DNA of 63,112 nt, the filler included, from Octopus bimaculoides (Eukaryota), in NCBI RefSeq assembly GCF_001194135.2. It is 4 parts of 4 records of this genome, joined end to end, with 100 filler letters (N's around TTAATTAATTAA, not from the genome) between each part and the next. Parts side by side here need not be neighbours in the genome. Positions count along the whole stretch, not along the records: positions 1 to 28,708 come from NC_069005.1; positions 28,809 to 44,208 come from NC_068983.1; 2 more parts are not named here. One strand, written 5' to 3'. The notes under the pieces were generated by a model. The model saw nothing but the letters and a program-made list of their open reading frames with translations, searched no databases and had not been told where the DNA came from. Positions 27,301-36,600 of the stretch are shown in pieces. Within the stretch, counting starts at the first letter, position 1. Each line of letters opens with the position of its first letter. The translations under genes were made by a program, and so were the position numbers.

Positions 27301-27746
27301 GTGCCACAGCACCCATCACCCTCTGTAAAGTGGTTGGCGTTAGGAAGGGCATCCCATCATAAAAACCATCCCACAACAGACATGGAGCCTGGTCAGCTCC
27401 TATAAAACCGTCCAACCTATGCCGGCAACAAAAACAGACGTTAAATGATGATGGTGATTGTAAATTAATTAAATAATTTTTTAAACTCCTTATTAGACTA
27501 AAATATATTTCAAGTTGATGTTTTTGTTAATCTCTCCCTTTTTCTCTCTTTCTCTCCTTGAATATTTTTCCTAATGCAGGTGTTTTGAGAATGATGTTTG
27601 AAACCTTGTATGACGAAGACGTAATAGCGGAGGATGCCTACTTCCAGTGGGAGAAGAGTGAAGATTCACCTGGCAAAGGTGTTGCTTTGAAACAGGTTGC
27701 AGCGTTCCTTACATGGTTGCACGAAGCTGAAGAAGATGATGATTGA
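770..27746 (+). CDS. eIF4G: Translation initiation factor eIF4G family gene, 3' portion: 15 coding exons, 2559 nt including stop, MIF4G-linker-MA3-W2; 5' exons lie upstream of the window
   Basis: Spliced translation gives [91 protein letters not shown]. All 14 internal introns are GT-AG with matching phases. Confidence 0.96.
945..1088 (+). CDS. eIF4G: eIF4G exon B (LKVPSK...[17 protein letters not shown]...EAAN), MIF4G
   Basis: ttgcag acceptor, gtgagt donor, 144 nt, phase 0/0. Confidence 0.93.
2284..2363 (+). CDS. eIF4G: eIF4G exon C ([27 protein letters not shown])
   Basis: Poly-T plus cag acceptor, gtaaga donor, 80 nt, phase 0/2. Confidence 0.93.
3394..3733 (-). mobile_element. RTE-type LINE 3' end or RTE-tailed SINE, young copy
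   Basis: Minus strand ends CATGCTAGCATGGAAAGCGGACGTTAAACGATGATGAT; a related tail is attached to RTE coding remnant at 4735-5690. Confidence 0.75.
4484..4699. mobile_element. Putative piggyBac-like MITE (TTAA-tCCTTTAG...TAAAGGG-TTAA)
   Basis: Short terminal inverted repeats flanked by TTAA at 4480-4483 and 4700-4703; related copies near 3230-3752, 5900-6100, 15440-15640, 17800-18010 and 23050-23240. Confidence 0.5.
4735..5690 (-). mobile_element. 5'-truncated RTE-clade LINE (ORF C-terminus plus 3' UTR with internal repeats)
   Basis: Homologous to 23640-24110; (GAT)n tail at 4735-4750. Confidence 0.8.
6180..6333 (+). CDS. eIF4G: eIF4G exon D ([11 protein letters not shown]...[24 protein letters not shown])
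   Basis: ttttag acceptor, gtaaat donor, 154 nt, phase 2/0. Confidence 0.95.
7720..8106 (+). CDS. eIF4G: eIF4G exon E (NEEMNRYF...SSRIRFML...GPKT...[10 protein letters not shown]), end of MIF4G
   Basis: ttttag acceptor, gtgaat donor, 387 nt, phase 0/0. Confidence 0.95.
8760..8905 (+). CDS. eIF4G: eIF4G exon F (SKNDDNIQL...WGRGSTGG...TPTN-R)
   Basis: ttccag acceptor, gtgatt donor, 146 nt, phase 0/2; WGRGS.GG is typical of the eIF4G linker. Confidence 0.92.
9039..9278 (+). CDS. eIF4G: eIF4G exon G ([10 protein letters not shown]...RRGS), Gly/Arg/Ser-rich linker
   Basis: ttacag acceptor, gtaagt donor, 240 nt, phase 2/2; completes the NRFSAL motif. Confidence 0.92.
10711..10926 (+). mobile_element. 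RTE-tail element, young copy
   Basis: Near-identical to 13530-13739 and inverted relative to 3394-3733. Confidence 0.75.
12963..13332 (+). CDS. eIF4G: eIF4G exon H ([17 protein letters not shown]...[24 protein letters not shown]), linker and MA3 start
   Basis: ttatag acceptor, gtaagt donor, 370 nt, phase 2/0. Confidence 0.9.
13428..13739 (+). mobile_element. RTE-tail element, young copy
   Basis: Near-identical reverse complement of 3394-3733 apart from a short internal deletion; older copies near 3905-4300, 11340-11555, 13815-14165, 14300-14495 and 27290-27455. Confidence 0.75.
15721..15893 (+). CDS. eIF4G: eIF4G exon I (EVVVSLSKL...SKSDFLN-G), MA3
   Basis: ttccag acceptor, gtaagt donor, 173 nt, phase 0/2. 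Confidence 0.92.
16945..17149 (+). CDS. eIF4G: eIF4G exon J ([19 protein letters not shown]...LVTRM), MA3
   Basis: ttttag acceptor, gtaacc donor, 205 nt, phase 2/0. Confidence 0.95.
18353..18448 (+). CDS. eIF4G: eIF4G exon K ([32 protein letters not shown])
   Basis: gtttag acceptor, gtaagt donor, 96 nt, phase 0/0. Confidence 0.9.
18600..20028 (+). mobile_element. Degenerate, internally deleted RTE-clade LINE (APE end plus RT fragments)
   Basis: [63 protein letters not shown] motifs with stops and frameshifts. Confidence 0.9.
20416..20538 (+). CDS. eIF4G: eIF4G exon L (KLEFMFDK...NKPIFDLIE)
   Basis: Long pyrimidine tract plus ag, gtaagt donor, 123 nt, phase 0/0. Confidence 0.9.
21991..22069 (+). 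CDS. eIF4G: eIF4G exon M ([26 protein letters not shown]), W2
   Basis: atctag acceptor, gtaaga donor, 79 nt, phase 0/1. Confidence 0.92.
22902..23036 (+). CDS. eIF4G: eIF4G exon N (ESKVSK...LLKYL...[11 protein letters not shown]...HPP), W2
   Basis: tttcag acceptor, gtaagt donor, 135 nt, phase 1/1. Confidence 0.94.
23395..26100 (-). mobile_element. Degenerate RTE-clade LINE reaching the APE N-terminus, with internal deletions
   Basis: [47 protein letters not shown] and C-terminal RLRWYDHV motifs across broken frames. Confidence 0.92.
27580..27746 (+). CDS. eIF4G: eIF4G terminal coding exon O ([27 protein letters not shown]...[10 protein letters not shown])
   Basis: atgcag acceptor, phase 1, TGA stop at 27744-27746; W2 aromatic/acidic boxes. 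Confidence 0.96.
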
Positions 27747-28411
27747 AAAATGAAAGAAAGAAAGAAAGAAAAAACAAACAGAAAACAAATAAACAAAGAA
27801 AAACAGCACACACACACAAAAAGGGAAAGTCTTATGCCTTTTTCTGAAGTGAATAAGGCTGAAACTGGATCACATACCTTGATACCTCTTTGATTTCTTC
27901 AAGCAGATCAGTTCCTGTTTTGTTACCAGTTGCTGATAATACTGTTAATACTGCTATTACTGCTATACTCTCCAGGAATAGGGTTTTTTTGGGTTTTTTT
28001 TCTTCAATATTTGTGCTGTATTGCATCACTACAAGCCTATACCCTTCCATTTTAGAACAGTCACAGAATAAGGATTAAAATGAAAAAGAAAAAAAAAGGG
28101 AAATGTGTTTGACTCTTGTTTCACATCAAGTGTATGTGTGTGTGTGTATGTGTGCATGTGTGTGTTTGTGTGTTCTTTTTAAACATGTAAGCATACACGT
28201 GAAATATCAAATTTGCTCTCCAATTTTAATGGAATTTTTCTTATTTACCTTTTTTTATGACAATTAAAACAGTTTTCTAAAGTTTCAAAATATAAAAATG
28301 GAAACAGAAATTTAGTATGTCAGATATTGAAGTCCTTCATTGCAGATACATACACACACATTTTATATGTATATATGTACACCCTCACACACATATGTTT
28401 GTGTGTGTATG

Positions 28412-28442
<31 letters not shown>

Positions 28443-28708
28443 TCATGAAATAGATTTCTCTAATGATATTCTATCTGAATTTTGAAGCAAATTATCAAAG
28501 TTTGTATGCCATGGATTTACAAAATTTCTTCACCTTTTAAAAATTATTAAAACCAAAGTTAAATGTGGTCTCTAATTTTTATTCCTGAAAACAAAAGTTG
28601 ATTTAACACAGACATACACATGCACACATACACATTGGAATTAATTTGTTTCTTTCTTGTATTGTAAAAGTAATTAAGTTGAAACTGAGAAAAAGTAATG
28701 ATTGTGAA

Positions 28709-28808
28709 NNNNNNNNNNNNNNNNNNNNNNNNNNNNNNNNNNNNNNNNNNNNTTAATTAATTAANNNNNNNNNNNNNNNNNNNNNNNNNNNNNNNNNNNN
28801 NNNNNNNN
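28709..28808. other. Scaffolding linker 44N-TTAATTAATTAA-44N (assembly artefact)
   Basis: Identical 100-nt structure occurs three times in the window. Confidence 0.93.
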
Positions 28809-28856
<48 letters not shown>

Positions 28857-29897
28857 AGTGTGTGTGTATACATATGTGCGTGTGTTTATATATATTTATT
28901 CATTTATTGTTTTACATGTTTCAGCCCATAGGCTGAAGCACTGCCATGCTGTTTCAACCATGCTGGAGCACCGCCAGCGTAATCATCTTTTCAGTTGCGA
29001 GTCTTATGCGACTGGCTTTTGGCGAAGGAAGGAGTTCGATGCATCTGCCCTGTTTTGAGTTTCTTGCCTTGATATAGGCTCATCTGGGACCTTGGACAGA
29101 AGGAGACCAAATAGTTTTTTGAAAATGTCTACCCCTGTGCCCTCAGGTGTTTTAGCAAAGGATTAAATAACTATCTGAAACCCTAAGTTTTCCTGAAAAC
29201 TTCAATTTATAAAAGAATCTCATTTGCTTAGTAAATATTTCTTTCAGTAATTTATCGTAGTTGTAATATATCTCTCATTTAAACAAACTTCAAAGTAACC
29301 CGACTACGTTTAGCGTACTAAAAATAGCAGCGATCACATAGTTATTATTGTAAGGCTTATAACGTCTAATAGTTTCTAGTTTATTACCATAAAGGCAAAT
29401 GGTTAAGCAGGTTTGTATAACGTGCCTTGTGTCTTCATGACAAGAAGCTATTTGTAACTCTTTCTTAATACAGTGCACATTAAATGATATTTATTTCTCA
29501 TTGAATGGAGTATATTTTTTGTTGATCCTACGTCAACAGAACAGTAAATTATATATATATATATATATATATACGAATGTGCCAGCACACACCAGCTTGA
29601 GACATGCCCCCCCCCCCTCACGCACTTCTCACGAAGAATTCCGGAAGGAGCTTCGTGAGACCAATGCAGAGACACTTCCGGGGGAAAAAAAAAGAACCGT
29701 TGGAAAATCGATTGTAGCTGTAACTCAATCAATCCCTAGGAATATCTGAAGAAGGAACTTTTATATTCCGAAATAGTATATGAGACTATGGATGATTAAA
29801 TTACGTCGGTTATTATAGTCCATTGTTGTTTTTATAGTGCATTGCTGTGCTATTCAAAACACATTATTATTATTTATTATTATATATACACGCTATT

Positions 29898-30276
29898 CGT
29901 GGAGGCGCAATGGCCCAGTGGTTAGGGCAAAGGACTCGCGGATCATAAGATCGCGGTTTCGATTCCCAGACCGGGCGTTGTGAGTGTTTATTGAGCGAAA
30001 ACACCTAAAGCTCCACGAGGCTCCGGCAGGGGATGGTGGCGAACCCTACTGTGCTCTTTCACCACAACTTTCTCTCACTCTTACTTCCTGTTTCTGTTGT
30101 GCCTGTAATTCAAAGGGTCAGCCTTGTCACACACTGAATATCTCCGAGAACTACGTTAAGGGTACACGTGTCTGTGGAGTGCTTAGCCACTTGCACGTTA
30201 ATTTCACGAGCAGGCTGTTCCGTTGATCGGATCCACTGGAACCCTCGACGTCGTAAGCGACGGAGTGCCAACAACA
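29898..30276 (+). mobile_element. tRNA-derived SINE family 1, full length with perfect 12-bp TSD
   Basis: A box TGGCCCAGTGG, B box GGTTTCGATTCC, (CAA)n tail, TSD ATACACGCTATT at 29886-29897 and 30277-30288. Confidence 0.88.
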
Positions 30277-30503
30277 ATACACGCTATTGCTTCACCACCA
30301 TCCTGGCCATCTTCATTTATCCCACTTACCTCAAGTATTTGTTAGAGTTCTGATACGTGTAATATAATTGATATTTTTTAGACTGACATTAAAAGAATAG
30401 AATTAATAGAATTAACAGTATTCATTAACATATGTTAATTAATGTGCAAATGTACTTTTTATATATAAACGTTGTATTCATTTCTCGTCACTTCTTTCTG
30501 CAG

Positions 30504-30623
30504 ATGACAATGAATGTCGGCTCTCTATGTGTCCATGGTCTGCCAAGTGTTACAATTTACCAGGAACATTTAGCTGTGTTTGTTATAGCGGTTTCAACCA
30601 GACGGGGCCAACCACGTGTGAAG
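30504..30623 (+). CDS. Calcium-binding EGF exon 1 ([40 protein letters not shown])
   Basis: ctgcag acceptor, gtattt donor, phase 1/1, 120 nt, six Cys, D-x-N-E-C start. Confidence 0.9.
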
Positions 30624-33600
30624 GTATTTTCCAATACATTTTATAAATATAGAATATTTTTTTCTAGTTTTTATTAATATTCAGCAGAAACAACAGAGTG
30701 ACTCAAGGGACAAGAGTGTCGTGAGTTAGCACTTACCAAACTAACGCACGAAACTCTCGCACTTTCAGTCACTTTGTTGCTTCTGATAAATATTAATAAT
30801 GCGTATGTATTTATTTCTTTATTGCCCACAGGGGGCAAACAAGAACAAACGGATTAAGTCGATTACATCGACCCCAGTGCGTAACTGGTATTTATTTAAA
30901 CCACCCCGAAAGGATGAAAGGCAAATTCGACTTCGGCAGTATTTGAACTGAGAACGTAACGGCGGGCGAAATACTGCTAAGCATTTCGCTCAGCGTGCTA
31001 ACGATTCTGCCATCTCGCTACCCTTACAATAATGCGTATATACTATGCCTTCTAAAATTAACTTTGCCTCACATCATTTTGAGTTCGATAAAATAGTACC
31101 ACTGTGGGGCGATGAAATGGCAGAACTGTAAGGCGGTGAGCTGGCAGAAACATTAGCGCGCCGGGCGAAATGCTTAGCGGTATTTCGTCTGCCGTTACGT
31201 TCTAAGGTTCAAATTCCGCCAAGGTCGACTTTGCCTTTCATCTTTTCGGGGTCGATAAAGTAAGTACCAATTACACACTGGGGGTCGATGTAATCAACTT
31301 AATCCCTTTGTCTGTCCTTGTTTTTCCCCTCTATGTTTAAGCCCCTTGTGGGCAATAAAGAAATATGAACTGTAAGAAAATTGGGTCAGGTCTCTACAAT
31401 TCCACTCGGAAAAAGCATAGTAAAAGCTATGACAAATGCTTTGTGGTATTCGAAATCATAAAGCATAGCCCAGACACCGCAAGCTTCCATTCCCGGCATT
31501 TCGTCTATGATTAGTTCTCATTTCCGCCGAGGTCGACTTACCTTTTATCCCTCTTGAAGTGGACGAAATAGGTATCAGTTGAGCACAGGGATCGCTGTAA
31601 TCGACTAGCCCCCTACCACAAACTTGCTGCGTTAAGCATGAAATTTGAAATATACTATATATATACATATATAAACATATATCTTTCGAAATTTGGATAT
31701 TGATTTCCTGTGAATATTATTAATAATTTTATAAATTTATTAATGATATAAAAACATATATATATCTATTTGCTCAAAGTAATAGAGCACTTAATATAAG
31801 CTCAATAAAATACTCCTTTTGAATATTCTTTATAATATATATATATGTATGTATNNNNNNNNNNNNNNNNNNNNNNATATATATATATATACTAGCATAG
31901 GTAAAGAGTCATTAATTAATCTATCAGTGATTTGAATTATATAATAACAGGATGACAAATACTTCGGATTGATGGACAAGTAACAATTGATTATATTGAT
32001 CACAATACTTGTGTTTCGTGTTTGAAAGGGTTGAAAAGTGAAGTGAGCCTCCAGAGGATTTTGATTCAAATAGTAACGGCTCATTGTGAAAATACCGATT
32101 CTGCCAAACCATTACCGTTCTAAGAAATATTTATCTATTTATTTTGCAATAGACATTGACGAATGTGCTGAAGGAACACATCAGTGTGACGAAAATGCCA
32201 AATGTTTCAACACGATTGGAAGTTATTTCTGCAGATGTAACAGAAATTTCATTGGAGACGGTAAAGTTGGAGATTGTCATAGTAAGTACAGCTTCTTAAT
32301 ATATTTATCTTTCGGTAATGTTTCGTTCTCTCCTGTTGTAATTATTGTTGTTTCTTCTGCTTGCATCAGTTACACTTTCAACAAGACACAAACATGCACA
32401 CACTTAGCTCCCTTCCTTGCAAACGAAGATAAGATTATCCACTGAGCATTTGAATTCATTTTTAAGAAATCACTAATTTCTTGAAATTATCTTCTCGTTT
32501 CTTCAACAGTTGCTAACATTTACTGCTAGATGATTTTATCTTTCTCCAACTGAGAGAGGAATTCTAATTAATTTGCCATTCATTGCATAGTACATTCCAT
32601 ACATCTCCTTTTAATATATTTATCTAAATTCATGCCATTAGCCAATTAGAGTTATTTACATTCGTTTCATTAACCTAAGACGATATTTGGTAACATATTG
32701 CAATTACAAAATTAACCGTTAAGACACCACAATTGTAGAATCATTAAGCGTGATATTGTTGGAGTGAAAAATTGGTAATTATCACCATCTTGGAAATAGC
32801 TCTTGCTTCTGCTCTCAGTGTGCTTGTAGAAAGGACGTTATGCGGACTTTATACGCTATACAGATTTCATACGCTATATAGATCTCATATGAATGGTTCT
32901 CTGGGATTTGTTAAGTGATGTAGACACCTCTAGTAAGAATCCAAATAAGATTCGGATTTTCAATCTACAGGGAAATAGTTAAATTTGCCCTATCTATTTC
33001 TCTACTGCATAGGTTACTTATATGCATATTATAACAAAAAAATGACAGACTAGTCAAATTTCGTCCTTTACTGATTGAGCCAACGGTGAAACTATCATTT
33101 TTATATAATTTTTAAATGAGTATATTGTTATTTTTTGTATAATAAACACATATACAGGTTTATATATTGTTGCCTTCAGGCAATGTAAGACAGAGGCTAT
33201 CTTAGATATGTGGCATATATATATATGTATATATATTTCGCTTTGGGATTTGGTTTGCAAGATTTTTTATGTGATTTCGTGTGTTGAAGCATATTCTGTT
33301 GTGTCTGGGGAGAGTCATTTTCTTATTGTGCCTTAAAATTTAACACACTCACCGTGAAAATTTCCACTTATTTCTTATTTTTATTTTTTATTTTTATTTT
33401 TATTTTCCTACAAATAAGAAATAAGTGGAAATTTTTGACGGTGAGTGTGTTAAATTTTAAGGCACAATNNNNNNNNNNNNNNNNNNNNNNNNNNNNNNNN
33501 NNNNNNNNNNNNNNNNNNNNNNNNNNNNNNNNNNNNNNNNNNNNNNNNNNNNNNNNNNNNNNNNNNNNNNNNNNNNNNNNNNNNNNNNNNNNNNNNNNNN

Positions 33601-36600
33601 NNNNNNNNNNNNNNNNNNNNNNNNNNNNNTATATATATATAAATATATATGAGCGGTAGTGGTGTCAATTAGACCCAGAGGTTTTAGGTAATGCTGAGTA
33701 AGTGTTATGTATAGACCATAGTTAAGCTCCAGGTTCGGTGATTATGCAATGAGCAATTTTAAAGACTAATGGATTTTACTCACAAGGTATTGGAATCTTA
33801 TATGTATACCATTCTGCCTAAACAATGGATTTACAAATACAATATCCCTGCATATCTCACATCTATTTTCGTTCCTCCAATTCACTCTCTATTTCCTATC
33901 TTATCTAAATTAACTATTGTTTAACCATCCTCTCACACCGTCTCCGATGAAGGGATATAATAAATATCCTGGAAACAGCTGTAAGACCTTCTATTTATAT
34001 ATGTTCTAAAATATACATAGCCTTGGTTTTTTTATCTCATTGCGAAAAGTAAATCCTGNNNNNNNNNNNNNNNNNNNNNNNNNNNNNNNNNNNNNNNNNN
34101 NNNNNNNNNNNNNNNNNNNNNNNNNNNNNNNNNNNNNNNNNNNNNNNNNNNNNNNNNNNNNNNNNNNNNNNNNNNNNNNNNNNNNNNNNNNNNNNNNNNN
34201 NNNNNNNNNNNNNNNNNNNNNNNNNNNNNNNNNNNNNNNNNNNNNNNNNNNNNNNNNNNNNNNNNNNNNNNNNNNNNNNNNNNNNNNNNNNNNNNNNNNN
34301 NNNNNNNNNNNNNNNNNNNNNNNNNNNNNNNNNNNNNNNNNNNNNNNNNNNNNNNNNNNNNNNNNNNNNNNNNNNNNNNNNNNNNNNNNNNNNNNNNNNN
34401 NNNNNNNNNNNNNNNNNNNNNNNNNNNNNNNNNNNNNNNNNNNNNNNNNNNNNNNNNTGTATGTATGTGTGTATGTATGTAAAAACAAAATAGGACAAGA
34501 ACACAAAACATCCACACAGTTAGATGATACAAAAAAGGGACAACAAAACATCCAGACAGACGATACAAAGAAAACGAGGACGGGTCATTCGGAGTTTTCT
34601 ATCCTCAGTCGAGTTCCAGACTGTCTTTGCAATTTCGGCTGGTTATACTCGAGATTGCTCCAATCTGGCCAGCCCCAAGGAAAAACTAAGCTAAGAGCAT
34701 TAGATTCCTTGGAAGAAAGTAGCGAATGTATACGAAAACAAGGACGGAAAAACAGCCAAGGCATCCCCAGCCCACCCTTCAGCGGGTGTTAGCAGCAGAC
34801 AGAGCGCCTTACAAAGAACCGCTACCCTTCCACAAGAAGCGAAAGATCAGACGTTCAAACTGCTTAGTCACGAATCGGGTCAAGGCATGACGGTCAGGTG
34901 GTAGGTAATCACAGATGCGATGAACACATTTGCGACCTCTGCCCTCCCTTTCAGGGATAGCCACCGCTCAGACCAGGTCTGAGTTAGGTGGGCCACCCTG
35001 GTCGTTACTTCGCTCCAATTCTTCTCTATCTGGAGGTCTGGACCGAACCAAACCATTAGCATAGCATTTTAACCAGACGACGCTGTTGGGTGGCATCGAC
35101 CTGCCTCTCCAGGTGCCGAGTTGCATGCCGACTAACTTATCACGGTTAATTTTTGCTCCTGCTACCGTCTCGTAATTCTTAATGGCCTCGCCTACTCCCA
35201 GTAAGTGTTCCACCTCGGACACGATGGTGGTGATGTCGTCCGCATACGCCGTAACTGACCTTACACAACCTAGATCACGCGGGACGTCCCTCATACCCTC
35301 CAACTTCCGCAGTAAAGGCTCCAGAGCCAACACATACAGAAGGTGGGGAAAAGGAACAGTCTTGCCGTACTGAGCGTTTGATACAGAACGGAGGACCGAT
35401 ACCAGATATCGATGGTCAACCCTGTCAAAAGTTTAGATTGGTCTAAATGGACCAAATCCCCACCCTTACCAGAAATCCTTCTAACCCTCTCTAAGGTGTA
35501 GTGTATAAGGTGGAGATTATACTATATGGATCCTCTGGGAACGGCATATGTTTATGCCTCTCCGACGAGACCATCCAGGACACTCGCCAATCACTTTGCT
35601 AATACCTTGGTCAAAATCTTCAACTCTGCGTTAACCAAAGTGATGGGCCGGAAATTAATTATAAAATCCCCCTTGTTTGGGTCTTTTCTAAGCAGTGTCA
35701 CCACCTCTCGGCTCACAGATCTGGGAATAAACCCATTCTGCTGCTAGTTGATGAAGACACATGCCAGTAGGTGTCCAAACAAGTCTGGCATACTGTAATA
35801 TAGCTCGTAGGGGAGACCATCTAGCTCCGGCAACTTGTCCCCGTCACAGTCCGACAAAGCCCCTTCACAGCATTCCGCTTCCCGCCCCGAGAGATGAGGC
35901 AAACCGGCCAGGAAGTCTGTGAGGTCCCTCCTACACTCCTACCCGCCTCCCCTCCTGAAAAGCTGGGCGAAATGCTCTTTTTTTTTTGTTCCCCTCCCTT
36001 TCCAACTTTCCTTTGTACTTCATCAATTCCTCCTGGTCGCAATGTAAACTCTTGCGAGCAATACCAGCGGCTGCTGCAAAGTTGGGTTTTTCTCTCTTTT
36101 AATAACTCAACGCCTATTGGCATATTTAATAATTCAGTACTACTTTCACAGTTCCTTTTTTTCCGTCGTTGTTTAAAGTACTACTTTAAACAACTTTAAA
36201 GTACTTTAACTGTGAAAGTAGTACTTTCACAGTTTCCTTTTTTTCCGTCGTTGTTTAAAGCTTTCTTCGTACCTTGACTCGTACTTGGTTCCATGGTGGA
36301 CTTGTCTTTAACGGGAGAGTTGTCCATTTTCACTACAACTGGGCATAAGCACCCCACAAAAATTATGATAAAAATAATAATTTCTCCCTTCAAACAAGGG
36401 GAAAAGTTAATAAAATCTACCTTAAGCAGAAAACAAAGTGTTTGAAAAACACTAAAACAACATTTCAACAATACACTTTTAACAAAAACAATACACAATA
36501 AGCACGAACCGTTATAAGTTGACAAACCAACATAAAAGTGAGGGAAGCGAATGGTTCAAATTAAACCTAAGTTAAACGTTTAAATAAACTATTAGATTAT

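Noticed and set aside
28753-28764. TTAATTAATTAA as a biological motif or piggyBac footprint
   Set aside because: It is always centred in exactly 44+44 N, so it is an assembly linker.
29898-29975. tRNA-like sequences at SINE heads (also 59778, 42536 and 52612)
   Set aside because: They have A/B boxes but continue into multi-copy SINE bodies with TSDs and no proper acceptor stem.
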